DNA from: an uncultured Actinomycetes bacterium
GTDB lineage: Bacteria; Actinomycetota; UBA4738; HRBIN12
Assembly: GCA_963706005.1 (NCBI GenBank)
Contig: CAVPLL010000001.1
Location: 97,603-161,602 of the forward strand
DNA: 64,000 bases
Direction: 5' to 3'
This document shows, one piece after another, positions 35,486 through 44,544 of the stretch (positions are counted from its first letter, which is position 1; the number at the start of each line of letters is the position of its first letter). The position numbers were made by a program, and so were the translations under genes. The notes under the pieces were generated by a model, which did no database searches, had not been told where the DNA came from, and worked only from the letters and a program-made list of their open reading frames with translations.

Positions 35486-36613
35486 TCAGGCCTCCGCGGG
35501 TTCGATGTCGAAGAACGCCGTCCAGTCCTCGTCCTTGCTCGCCCCGTTGCCGAGGATGAACTGCTCGACCATCTCGCGTGCGGCCTCGTCGCTGAACTGC
35601 ACCGGAGGCGACTTCATGAAGTAGGCACTCGGCCCGATCAGCGGTCCGGCCTGGCCCCGGTCGATCGCGAGCTTGGCGCATCGGAGCGCGTCGATCACGA
35701 TGCCGGCCGAGTTCGGGCTGTCCCAGACCTCGAGCTTCAGTTCCACGTTCAGCGGCACGTCCCCGAACGCCTGGCCCTCGAGCCGGATCTGCGCCCACTT
35801 GCGGTCCTCGAGCCACGGCACGTGGTCGCTCGGCCCGATGTGGATGTTCTGCTTGTCGAGCTTCTTGCGCATCTGCGACTGGACCGACTGCGTCTTGGAG
35901 ACCTTCTTGGAGGTCAGCCGCTCCCGCTCGAGCATGTTCATGAAGTCCATGTTCCCGCCGAAGTTCAGCTGGTACGTGCGGTTGAGCTTCACGCCCCGGT
36001 CCTCGAACAGCTTCGTGAGCACCCGGTGGATGATCGTGGCTCCGACCTGGCTCTTGATGTCGTCGCCCACGATCGGCACCCCGGCCTCGACGAACTTCTG
36101 CGCCCAGGTCTTGTCGGAGGCGATGAAGACCGGCAGGCAGTTGACGAACGCGACGTGCGCGTCGAGCGCCGCCTGCGCGTAGTGCTTGGCCGCCTGCTCC
36201 GAACCGACCGGCAGGTAGGACACGACGACGTCGGCCTGGACGTCGCGGAGCGCCTTGGCGACGTCCACGGGGGGGAGTTCGGATTCGACGATCGTCTCCC
36301 GGTAGTACCGGCCGAGGCCGTCGAACGTCGGTCCGCGCTGGACCAGCACGCCTGTTGGAGGAACCTCCGCGAAGCGGATCGTGTTGTTGGGCTCGGAGAC
36401 GATGGCCTCCGCCACGTCCGTCCCGACCTTCTTCGCGTCGACGTCGAACGCCGCGACGATCTCGACATCGCGGATGTGGTACCCGCCCAGATCGACGTGC
36501 ATGAGGCCCGGCACGGTTTCGCTCGGATCGGCGTCCTTGTAGTACTCGAGCCCCTGGACGAGCGACGATGCACAGTTGCCGGCGCCGACGATCGCGAGTC
36601 GGATCTTGCTCAT
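35486..36613 (-). CDS. ino1: myo-inositol-1-phosphate synthase
   Basis: ATG at 36613 overlaps the padR stop (ATGA). [56 protein letters not shown]. Confidence 0.9.
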   Translation of the reverse strand: MSKIRLAIVGAGNCASSLVQGLEYYKDADPSETVPGLMHVDLGGYHIRDVEIVAAFDVDAKKVGTDVAEAIVSEPNNTIRFAEVPPTGVLVQRGPTFDGLGRYYRETIVESELPPVDVAKALRDVQADVVVSYLPVGSEQAAKHYAQAALDAHVAFVNCLPVFIASDKTWAQKFVEAGVPIVGDDIKSQVGATIIHRVLTKLFEDRGVKLNRTYQLNFGGNMDFMNMLERERLTSKKVSKTQSVQSQMRKKLDKQNIHIGPSDHVPWLEDRKWAQIRLEGQAFGDVPLNVELKLEVWDSPNSAGIVIDALRCAKLAIDRGQAGPLIGPSAYFMKSPPVQFSDEAAREMVEQFILGNGASKDEDWTAFFDIEPAEA

Positions 36614-37194
36614 GTTGCGCGCTCCTTCCTGCGAAGCGACCGGCTGGTCGTCCGGCGCTTCGAGCCCCCTGACGTGGTTTCGGTGGCGCGGCGCTCGGCC
36701 GCGATGAGGCCGTTCAGCCACGCGATGTCCTGCTCGGTGCTCTCTCGACCGTGCTGCATGAGCGACACCGTGTACGTGTCGCCGCCCGTGGTCGCGAGCG
36801 ACGTCCGGATCGTCGAGAGCCGCTCCTCGAGGAAGGCACGCCGGCGCTCGAGCAGGCGGATCCGCGTCTCCGGCGAGAGGTACTTGAAGAACGCCAGGCG
36901 GACGCGGAAGCGGTTGTCCTCACCGGAGGACTCCGGTCCCGACTCCTCGAGCAGCTGCCGGAAGAGCGTCTCACCCGCCTCGGTGATCCGGTAGACGTTC
37001 TTGCGACGACCGACCTCCTGCTTGTCGAAGATCTGCTCCACCGCGCCCTGGCGTTCCAGGCGTTTCAGCGACGGGTACAGCGAGCCGTACGACACGCGCC
37101 AGAACCCCCCGAGGGAGTCGGTGAGCCGTTTCGACAGCTGATACCCGTGCATCGACCGCTCCTTGAGCAGTCCTAGGATCGCGAGCTCCAGCAT
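36610..37194 (-). CDS. PadR-family transcriptional regulator
   Basis: [21 protein letters not shown]...[17 protein letters not shown]. Directly upstream of ino1, as in mycobacteria (Rv0047c/Rv0046c). Confidence 0.85.
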   Translation of the reverse strand: MLELAILGLLKERSMHGYQLSKRLTDSLGGFWRVSYGSLYPSLKRLERQGAVEQIFDKQEVGRRKNVYRITEAGETLFRQLLEESGPESSGEDNRFRVRLAFFKYLSPETRIRLLERRRAFLEERLSTIRTSLATTGGDTYTVSLMQHGRESTEQDIAWLNGLIAAERRATETTSGGSKRRTTSRSLRRKERAT

Positions 37195-37219
37195 CCAGAT
37201 CCTTCCCTACCTTGGCCTA

Positions 37220-37276
37220 CGCTACGTTCCGATATATCGATTCAGTATATCGCTTCGATATATCTAACCGCTACGT
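37220..37276 (-). promoter_or_regulatory. AT-rich triple-repeat operator/promoter region upstream of padR-ino1
   Basis: CGATATATCG (37230-37239, perfect palindrome), AGTATATCG (37244-37252) and CGATATATC (37256-37264) recur at 12-14-bp spacing. They are flanked by direct repeats CGCTACGT (37220-37227 and 37269-37276). A minus-strand TATACT lies at 37249-37244. Confidence 0.5.
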
Positions 37277-38488
37277 CCCGGGAGCGTCAACCCGGACGAC
37301 CGGGGCCGGATGGCGGCCCGCCGCGAGGGCGAGCGCGGCCGCGAGCACGCCCGCGACGCCGCATCCGATCCACAGGACGTCGGGGTTGAAGGCGTAGGTC
37401 ACGGTTCCGATCGTGGGTCCGACGATGGCCCCGAGCGCGAACATCACGCCCAGCGAGGCCTGGTACCGCCCCCGCGTGTGCTCGGGGGAGCGATCGGCGA
37501 CGAAGGCGCTCGAGACCGGTGACGAGATGATCTCGCCGAGCGTCCACACGAGGACCATCGCGGCGAGCGCCGGGATAGATCTGGCGACGACCAGCGACGC
37601 GAACGCCAGGCCGATCAGCAGCGCGCCGAGCGCGATCATCCGTGTACGCGATCGTGGCCCGGTCAAGGTGGTGATCGGCAGCTCGAGCAGGACGACGATC
37701 ACGCCGTTCAGCGCCTGCAGGGCGCCGTAGACCGACGTGGAGTAGCCGGCCGCCCGGACGTGGAGCGGGAACGTGGAGACGTTCTGCATGTAGATGGCGG
37801 CCCCGATCAGGATCGAGCCGAGGAACAGCAGGAACCCGCGATCGGCGAGGATCGTCCGGGTGGCGCCATTTAGGTGACGTTCCTCGTGCCGGGACGTGCG
37901 GGTGCCGTGCGGCAGGGCGATCAGCGAGATCACGCCGAACGCGGCCGAGGTGACCGCGTCGCCGATGAACAGGTAGTCGAACGATCGGTCGGCGAGCAGG
38001 CCGCCGAGCGTGAGGCCGAACGCCCAGCCTACGTTGATCGCGAGGCGGAACACCGCGAACGCGGTGACCCGTTGCTCGCTCGGGACCAGGTCGGCGATCA
38101 GGGCCGAGGCCGCCGGTCGGTGCATCTCCGCCACGAGCGCGAGCAGCAGCATCAGGGCGTAGACCATGGCCAGGCTCGACGCCTGCCACAGCACCAGGGT
38201 GATCACCGACGCACCGAGCATCGAGAACCCGATGGCGTTGCGACGCCCGATCCGGTCGGCCAGCCAGCCGCCGAGGAACTGGGCCCCGACCCCGCCGACC
38301 CCGTACATGGCGAGGGCCAGACCCGCCTGCGGGACGGAGAAGCCGCGTTGGGTGAGGTACAGCGTGATGAACGGCATCACGAACGTCCCGAGCCGGTTCA
38401 CGAAGGTCCCCCCGAACAGCACCCAGGCGGTTGGCGGCAGGGAACGAAGGTTCTGGCGGAGGCTGGGGCGCGTCGCGGGGTCGCTCAT
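37271..38488 (-). CDS. MFS transporter
   Basis: 12 TM segments. GGWLADRIGRRNAI motif A-like loop. Confidence 0.85.
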   Translation of the reverse strand: MSDPATRPSLRQNLRSLPPTAWVLFGGTFVNRLGTFVMPFITLYLTQRGFSVPQAGLALAMYGVGGVGAQFLGGWLADRIGRRNAIGFSMLGASVITLVLWQASSLAMVYALMLLLALVAEMHRPAASALIADLVPSEQRVTAFAVFRLAINVGWAFGLTLGGLLADRSFDYLFIGDAVTSAAFGVISLIALPHGTRTSRHEERHLNGATRTILADRGFLLFLGSILIGAAIYMQNVSTFPLHVRAAGYSTSVYGALQALNGVIVVLLELPITTLTGPRSRTRMIALGALLIGLAFASLVVARSIPALAAMVLVWTLGEIISSPVSSAFVADRSPEHTRGRYQASLGVMFALGAIVGPTIGTVTYAFNPDVLWIGCGVAGVLAAALALAAGRHPAPVVRVDAPGT

Positions 38489-38601
38489 CGGAGCGACAGC
38501 CTAGGACGCGGCTCGAAGAACGGACGCCCCGCCGCCCGCAACGCCGCCGATGCCGGGACGTACGCTGACGATGCCCGCGCCGCCCGGCGCTCCCGCCTGA
38601 G

Positions 38602-39288
38602 CTAGGGGCGGGTGTAGCGGGTGACGTAGGCCGGGGGATCGATCCCGTCCGGCAGCTCTGGGTCGGGCTCGGGGTCCCCGGGGACGGTCGTGAGCGGGAG
38701 CACGCCTGCCCAGATCGGCAGCGAGAGATCCTCCTCCTCGTCCTTCGGCGGACCGGTGCGGACCTTCGCGGACGCCTCCTCGATCGGGATCGCGAGGATC
38801 GTCGTCTGGTCGAGCTCGCGCTGGTTGGGCAGGCGGGCATCCGCGGCCCGGCCGCGGACCACGTGCTCCACGAGCGCTCGCTGCGCGTCGAACTTCTCGG
38901 CGGGATCGGTGACCTCGCGTGCGCGTCCGTAGATCACCACCGAGCGGTAGTTCATCGAGTGGTGGAACGCGCTCCGCGCGAGGACTAGCCCGTCGAGGAG
39001 CGTGATCTCGACCGCGACCGGCGCTCCCCCCTTGGTCGAACGCAGCGTCCGGCTGGCGTTCGAGCCGTGGACGTAGAGGGTGTCGCCCACCCGCGCGTGG
39101 ATCGTCGGGATCACGCGCGGTTCGCCGTCCATCACGTAGGCGAGGTGACAGATGAGGGCCTCGTCCACGATCGCGTCGATCTGCTCGCGGTCGTAGACGC
39201 CGCGTTCGGGGAGGCGCCGGACGCGCGTGCGCTCGGACGGCGGCTCGGCTGGGGGTCGCGAGATGCGTTCGTCCGTTCGCTCTGCCAT
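38602..39288 (-). CDS. pyridoxamine 5'-phosphate oxidase-family flavin-binding protein
   Basis: RRLPERGVYDREQIDAIVDEALICHLAY...PRVIPTIHARVGDTLYVHGS is typical of the PNPOx-like (Pyridox_ox_2) fold. Confidence 0.8.
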   Translation of the reverse strand: MAERTDERISRPPAEPPSERTRVRRLPERGVYDREQIDAIVDEALICHLAYVMDGEPRVIPTIHARVGDTLYVHGSNASRTLRSTKGGAPVAVEITLLDGLVLARSAFHHSMNYRSVVIYGRAREVTDPAEKFDAQRALVEHVVRGRAADARLPNQRELDQTTILAIPIEEASAKVRTGPPKDEEEDLSLPIWAGVLPLTTVPGDPEPDPELPDGIDPPAYVTRYTRP

Positions 39289-39320
39289 GCGGGGATGCTA
39301 CCGGCTGCCCGGGTACGTCC

Positions 39321-39830
39321 TCAGCTCAGCAGGAGCTCCATCTCGCGGACCACGCCGTCGGACCCTCGGTCGAGCCCCATCCGGGCCATCCGGCCGAGGC
39401 TCGCCGGCTCGGCGTCCAGGTGCTCCTCGACGATCACCTCGGGGATCCGGAACGCGGCCCCGCACGGCGCGTAGCTCCCGCGTTCGCCGTCGGCCCGGTA
39501 GACGATCGCCGCGAGCGGGCGCTCGGCCAGCGGACACGGCCGGCCACGGAAGACCGGGCAGGGTCGGTTCGACGGGCCGCCGCACCGGCACACCTCGTAC
39601 CCGGCACGTTCGACGGCGTCCTCGAGCCGTTCGACCTGCTCCGATCGCTGTCCGACGACGAGGACGCGCTGCACGCCCCGGATCTGCCACGCCGCCACCG
39701 CGATCAGCACCAGCAGCAGTCCGCCGCCGATCAGGACGAGCGGCAGGGTCGCCTCGTCCGCCCAGAGCAGGACCCCCGCGAACAGCACGAACGTCCCCGA
39801 ATACAGGACCAGCTCGCTCCTCACGCTCAT
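39321..39830 (-). CDS. hypothetical two-TM protein with Cys-rich cytoplasmic domain
   Basis: TMs LVLYSGTFVLFAGVLLW and LVLIGGGLLLVLIAVAAW, then YEVCRCGGPSNRPCPVFRGRPCPLAE...APCG. No family recognised. Confidence 0.5.
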   Translation of the reverse strand: MSVRSELVLYSGTFVLFAGVLLWADEATLPLVLIGGGLLLVLIAVAAWQIRGVQRVLVVGQRSEQVERLEDAVERAGYEVCRCGGPSNRPCPVFRGRPCPLAERPLAAIVYRADGERGSYAPCGAAFRIPEVIVEEHLDAEPASLGRMARMGLDRGSDGVVREMELLLS

Positions 39831-39942
39831 CGTCCTCGCCTCTCCTCGCCCCCAGGGTGCGCCGAACCGACCTGATCGGGTACGGGCGAACGGACCACCG
39901 AGGGACGGCCCTTCGGACGAGACCGGGGGAGCTGTTGGGCGT

Positions 39943-40809
39943 CTATCCGCCGAGCGGTCCGCCGGAGGTGCCGCCGTCGCCGCCCTGCTGCAGGAAGCGC
40001 TCGATCTCGCTCACGAGCTCGTCACCCGTCGGCATCTCCTGGTTGTCCACGACGGACTCCAGCCGCTCCACGTAGGTGCGCGAGTCGTCGTCGGCCTGGA
40101 CGATCTGGTCCAGCCGCTGGCGCTGCGCCATCGCCTCGTCCGGGAGCCCGCCGAGCGGCACCTCGACGCCGAGGTGCCGCCCGAGGTGCTCGAGGATCGC
40201 GATCGCGGCCGCCGCGTAGGGCCCGCCGACGTAGTGCGGCACCTGCGCGTAGAAGCCGACCGTCGGGACCCCATCGTCCGCGACGGTCTTCTCGAGCGTC
40301 GACAACGCGGCGGAAGGGACGCGGAGCAGCCCCGCGGGTCCCACCTGCTCCTCCTCGGCCAGGAGCCCGTCGCCGGATGCCGTCGCCAGGACGGGAACGG
40401 GCCGCGTGTGGGGGACCGCGGTCGGGATCGCGCCGAGGCTCACCCACTGGCTCACGCCGAGGCGTCGGACGATCTCTCGAACGTCCCGCCCGAGCTCCTG
40501 CCAGCGGAAGTCCGGCTCGGCGCCCGCGAGCACGAGCACGTCTCGCGCGCCGATCCTCGCGCGGCGCATCGTCAGCTCGGGCCAGGTGAGCTCGCTCAGC
40601 CGACCGTCGACGACGTCGAGCACGGGTCTGCGCGAGCGGAAATCGAACAGCAGGTCGGCGTCGAACGTGGCGATCGGCGTCGCGCCGTCGGCCACGCGCT
40701 CGGCCGCCGCCGTCGAGGCCCCGGCGGCGTCGATCCACCCGTCCAGGGCGGCGACGATCGCCGGGTCGACGAGCGGTTCGCTCGGTTCGCTCAGCAGGTA
40801 CAGCGGCAC
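39943..40809 (-). CDS. PAC2-family (proteasome assembly chaperone-like) protein
   Basis: PAIVAALDGWIDAAGAS...FDFRSRRP...LVLAGAEPDFRW...GAIPTAVPHTRP matches the actinobacterial PAC2 family. Confidence 0.8.
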   Translation of the reverse strand: MPLYLLSEPSEPLVDPAIVAALDGWIDAAGASTAAAERVADGATPIATFDADLLFDFRSRRPVLDVVDGRLSELTWPELTMRRARIGARDVLVLAGAEPDFRWQELGRDVREIVRRLGVSQWVSLGAIPTAVPHTRPVPVLATASGDGLLAEEEQVGPAGLLRVPSAALSTLEKTVADDGVPTVGFYAQVPHYVGGPYAAAAIAILEHLGRHLGVEVPLGGLPDEAMAQRQRLDQIVQADDDSRTYVERLESVVDNQEMPTGDELVSEIERFLQQGGDGGTSGGPLGG

Positions 40810-40855
40810 GGACCGAGGATAGCCCTCGCTCGCCCTGGAGCATCCGGTCGCGCGG

Positions 40856-42052
40856 TCAGGGAAGGACCCGCAAGCCCTCGAGCCCCCGGATGATGTAGTT
40901 CGGCTTCCAGCGAGGCTCCTCCACGAGCTCGAGGTCCGGGAAGCGATCCATCATCGTCGCGAACGAGACCTGCAGCTCCTGGCGACCGAGCGGCGCCCCG
41001 AGGCAGAAGTGGATCCCCGCCCCGAACGTGAGGTGCGGGTTCGGCTCGCGGGTGAGGTCGAGCTCGTCGGGCCGGTCGAACACCGACGGGTCCCGGTTGG
41101 CCGAGCCGAAGAGCAGCCCGAGCTCGGCGCCCATCGGGATCTCGGCGCCGTGGATCTCGAAGGGCTCGAGCACCCAGCGCTCGAACATCTGGAGCGGCGT
41201 GTCGAACCGCAGGAGTTCCTCGATCGCGCCCGGGAGCAGCGACCGATCCGCGCGGAGCTGTCGGAGGGCGTCCGGGTTCCGGAACAGCGACCACCAGCCG
41301 AGCAGCGTCGAGTTGACCGTCGCCTCGTGGCCGGCGTTCAGGAGGAGCACGCACGTCCCGACCAGCTCGTCCTCGGTCAGCTTCTCGCCCTCGTCGACCG
41401 CGAGCGCGAGTTGCGAGATCAGGTCGTCGCCGGGATGGCGTTGGCGCTCGCGCGCGAGCTCACGCAGGTAGGCCGAGAACTCGTCGCTCGCACGCACCGC
41501 GTCCTGCTGCATCTCGGTCGTGGGGTTCAGCTCGTACATCTTGCAGATGTCGGCGGACCACGGTCGTAGGTGATGACGGTCGGCCTCGGGCACCCCGAGC
41601 ATCTCGGCGATCACCGTGACGGGAAGCGGTTCGGCGACCTCCAGCAGGTCGAACTCGCCGGCGCCGGGGAGCCCCTCGACGAGGTCGTCCATGATCGCCT
41701 GCACCCGGGGCCGCAGGTTCTCCACGAAGCGGGGCGTGAACGCCTTGGAGACGAGCCGCCGGACCCTCGTGTGGTTCGGCGGCTCCATGTCGAGGATGCC
41801 CGCGTTGATCAGGTCCCAGAACGGCGCGTGCCGATCGGGCGGATCGGGACGGCCCATGTCCGCGTGCGTGGCGACGTGCCGATACGTCCGTCCGAACCGT
41901 CGGTCGCGCAGGAGCGCGTTCACGTCCTCGTAGCGCGAGATCAACCAGTGGTCGGTCGCCTCGTCGTAGCGAACGGGCTCCCGGGCCCGGAGCTCGGCAT
42001 AGGCGGGATAGGGGTCTGCGATGAACCCGAGGTCCGTCGGAGCGAAGTCCAT
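40856..42052 (-). CDS. cytochrome P450
   Basis: I-helix LLLNAGHEATV, ExxR EELLRF, heme-Cys loop FGAGIHFCLGAPL. Confidence 0.9.
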   Translation of the reverse strand: MDFAPTDLGFIADPYPAYAELRAREPVRYDEATDHWLISRYEDVNALLRDRRFGRTYRHVATHADMGRPDPPDRHAPFWDLINAGILDMEPPNHTRVRRLVSKAFTPRFVENLRPRVQAIMDDLVEGLPGAGEFDLLEVAEPLPVTVIAEMLGVPEADRHHLRPWSADICKMYELNPTTEMQQDAVRASDEFSAYLRELARERQRHPGDDLISQLALAVDEGEKLTEDELVGTCVLLLNAGHEATVNSTLLGWWSLFRNPDALRQLRADRSLLPGAIEELLRFDTPLQMFERWVLEPFEIHGAEIPMGAELGLLFGSANRDPSVFDRPDELDLTREPNPHLTFGAGIHFCLGAPLGRQELQVSFATMMDRFPDLELVEEPRWKPNYIIRGLEGLRVLP

Positions 42053-42127
42053 CCGTCCGACTGTAGCGCGGGCCTGTGCGTCGGAGCGCGGGCCGGAGCC
42101 CGAGGACGTGATCGTGAACCCGGAGGC

Positions 42128-42922
42128 TCATCGGAGGGCGAACGCGCCGTAGCCCACGACCCGATCCGGGTCGCCCCCGGAGTCGGCGGACGTGCGGAGA
42201 TCCAGTCGACGTACCTCGAGCTCGAGTCGGCGGGCGAGCTCGACCAGCCCGCGGAGCGCGTCGATCCCGCATGCGGCCGAGTCGCCGATCGCGGCCGGGT
42301 CTCGAGACACCACGGCATCCGCGGTCCCTCGGTCCACGCGTTCGGCCGTGGTCCGATCCAGGTAGTGGCTGAGGTCGGTGCTCACGACCAGGAGATCGAC
42401 CGACCTCCACAGCCGCTCGAGCAAGTCGGCGACCTGGACCGGTGTGGCGATCCCGACGGCGACCGGCACGATCGCGAACCCGGGGTCGAGGATGCGCTGG
42501 AGGAACGGGAGCTGGACCTCCAACGCGTGCTCCGGCTCATGCGGACGGTCGTCGACCCCCGCCCCGCCGTCGATCGCGACGTTCCGCAGACCCGGGTCGA
42601 CCGCGACGTTGCCGAGCGGCGTCTCCCACCCGTCGGCCGCGGCCACGGCGAACCCATGCAGTGGAACGAAGTGGGCGGGACCGATGAGCGCGACGCTCCG
42701 CACGTCGCCCGGGACGAGCGCGTACGCGGTCGCCGCGACGGGCCCGGAGAAGGCGTAGCCGGCGTGCGGCACGATCAGCCCCGCGGGTGTCGGAGCCGCA
42801 AGGCCCGATGCGGCCGCGAGGAGCCCGTCGACGCTTCCGGCGAGGGTCGCCGGCTCCGCCGGGTAGAACGAACCGGCTGCGATCGCTCGTCGGATCAGAC
42901 CGCTCCGAGCCTGACCGGCCAC
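42128..42922 (-). CDS. Memo-like protein (AmmeMemoRadiSam system protein B)
   Basis: AGSFYPAEP...LIVPHAGYAFSGPVAA...GPAHF...HEPEHALEVQLPFL. GTG at 42922 is chosen as the start; 42970 and 43012 are also possible. Overlaps the 3' end of the radical SAM gene. Confidence 0.8.
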   Translation of the reverse strand: MAGQARSGLIRRAIAAGSFYPAEPATLAGSVDGLLAAASGLAAPTPAGLIVPHAGYAFSGPVAATAYALVPGDVRSVALIGPAHFVPLHGFAVAAADGWETPLGNVAVDPGLRNVAIDGGAGVDDRPHEPEHALEVQLPFLQRILDPGFAIVPVAVGIATPVQVADLLERLWRSVDLLVVSTDLSHYLDRTTAERVDRGTADAVVSRDPAAIGDSAACGIDALRGLVELARRLELEVRRLDLRTSADSGGDPDRVVGYGAFALR

Positions 42923-43983
42923 CTCCTCGCCCCCCAACGGCCTCGCTCGGCCTCGAACACCCCCGCGCATCGTTCCCCGCAGTTCGAGCAGGCCCCCTCG
43001 CGCAGGCCCCACGTCCCCAGCTCGTACCCGTCACGTTCGATCAGCAGATGGCCGCACGCATGGCACCTGGTGCTCTGTCCGTCGACGTCGTGCACGTTCC
43101 CCGTGTACGCGTGGCGCACACCGTTCCCGAGCGCGATCCGCCGGGCGCGCGTGAGCGTCTCCGGCGGCGTCGGCGGCCGGTCGAGCATCTTCCAGTCCGG
43201 GTGGAACGCCGTGAAATGCATCGGGACGTCGGCGCCGAGCCGCTCGACCACCCACCTCGTCATCGCGTCGAGCTCGGCGTCCGAGTCGTTCAACCCGGCG
43301 ATCACGAGGTTCGTGATCTCGAACCACACGTCCGTCTCGTGCTTCAGGTACTCGAGCGTGTCCAGGACCGGACGCAGGTGCCCCGCGCACGTGCGGCGGT
43401 AGAAATCGTCGGTGAAGGCCTTGAGGTCGACGTTCGCCGCGTCCATGTGCCGGTAGAAGTCGCGCCGTGGGCGGTCGTTCATGTAGCCGGCGGTGACGGC
43501 GACCGACTTGATGCCGCGCTCATGGCACGCGTCGGCCACATCGATCGCGTACTCGAGGAAGATGACCGGGTCGTTGTACGTGAACGCCACGCTCCGGCAT
43601 CCGAGCCGGTGCGCCGCATCGGCGATCGTCTCCGGCGAGGCGGCGTCGGCGAGCGTGTCGATCTCGCGCGACTTCGAGATGTCCCAGTTCTGGCAGAAGC
43701 GGCAGGCGAGGTTGCATCCCGCCGTTCCGAACGACAGCACCGACGTTCCCGGCAGGAAGTGGTTCAGGGGCTTCTTCTCGATCGGGTCGACGCAGAAGCC
43801 ACTCGACCGGCCGTAGGTGGTGAGTACGATCTCGTCGTCTTCGCAGGCCCGCACGAAGCACAGGCCCCGTTGTCCCTCGTGGAGCGAGCAGGCCCGGGGG
43901 CACACGTCACACCGCACCCGCCCGTCTGGCAGGGCGGTCCAGTACTCGGTCGCGCGTAAGGCCGTCACATCGCCATCATGCAC
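42895..43983 (-). CDS. AmmeMemoRadiSam system radical SAM enzyme
   Basis: YWTALPDGRVRCDVCPRACSLHEGQRGLCFVR (N-terminal Cys cluster), FGTAGCNLACRFCQNW (CxxxCxxC), FTYNDP. The start is GTG 43983 or 43968. Confidence 0.85.
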   Translation of the reverse strand: MHDGDVTALRATEYWTALPDGRVRCDVCPRACSLHEGQRGLCFVRACEDDEIVLTTYGRSSGFCVDPIEKKPLNHFLPGTSVLSFGTAGCNLACRFCQNWDISKSREIDTLADAASPETIADAAHRLGCRSVAFTYNDPVIFLEYAIDVADACHERGIKSVAVTAGYMNDRPRRDFYRHMDAANVDLKAFTDDFYRRTCAGHLRPVLDTLEYLKHETDVWFEITNLVIAGLNDSDAELDAMTRWVVERLGADVPMHFTAFHPDWKMLDRPPTPPETLTRARRIALGNGVRHAYTGNVHDVDGQSTRCHACGHLLIERDGYELGTWGLREGACSNCGERCAGVFEAERGRWGARRWPVRLGAV

Positions 43984-44024
43984 CGCTCGACAAGGCCGGG
44001 CGGGCCGTGCCGGACCGGTTGGCC

Positions 44025-44414
44025 CTACGCCGAGACGCTGGTCGCGAGTCGGTCGGGATCGGTCTGGGTCCACTCGTCCTTGCGGCGCATCTGCCGCGAG
44101 ACGGCGTAGGCGCTCCCGCCGAGCGCGAGCAGGAACAGCATCCACCGACCCTTGTGCGACGTCCGTCCCTCCCCGTCCTGTGGGCCCTCCTGCTGCAACC
44201 GCTCCTCGAACATGTCGAGGATCCGGTTGTGCTCGGTGCGCGACTCCTCGACCTCATCGCGGAGGATCTGGTTCTCCAGCCGCAGGCGCTCGGCCTCGTG
44301 GCTCGCGCGATCGAGTCGCTTCTCGAGCATCCGATCCTTCATCCGGTGTCCCACCGCCTCTGCCCGGTGCCGCGCGGCGGCGCCGTATCCCTTCATCGTG
44401 CCGGCCATGGCCAT
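44025..44414 (-). CDS. small coiled-coil protein with C-terminal TM anchor, unknown function
   Basis: ATG at 44414 preceded by GGAGG. The charged heptad-like region AERLRLENQILRDEVEESRTEHNRILDMFEERL is followed by WMLFLLALGGSAYAV. Confidence 0.55.
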   Translation of the reverse strand: MAMAGTMKGYGAAARHRAEAVGHRMKDRMLEKRLDRASHEAERLRLENQILRDEVEESRTEHNRILDMFEERLQQEGPQDGEGRTSHKGRWMLFLLALGGSAYAVSRQMRRKDEWTQTDPDRLATSVSA

Positions 44415-44517
44415 CGTGACCTCCCCTGGGTCGGTCGCAGCCCAAACCTGCCCATCTCTGGGCTGCTCCAAGCCTGGGCGTGCCGCAGGAGGCGCGGAAG
44501 GGCCGAAGGTCCGGGAT

Positions 44518-44536
44518 GGTTCGGGCTCGCCGAACC
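44518..44536 (-). terminator. short hairpin after the FAD-oxidase gene
   Basis: GGTTCGG (44518-44524), loop GCTCG, CCGAACC (44530-44536), 8 nt after the stop at 44545. Confidence 0.35.
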
Positions 44537-44544
44537 CTGTCCAC

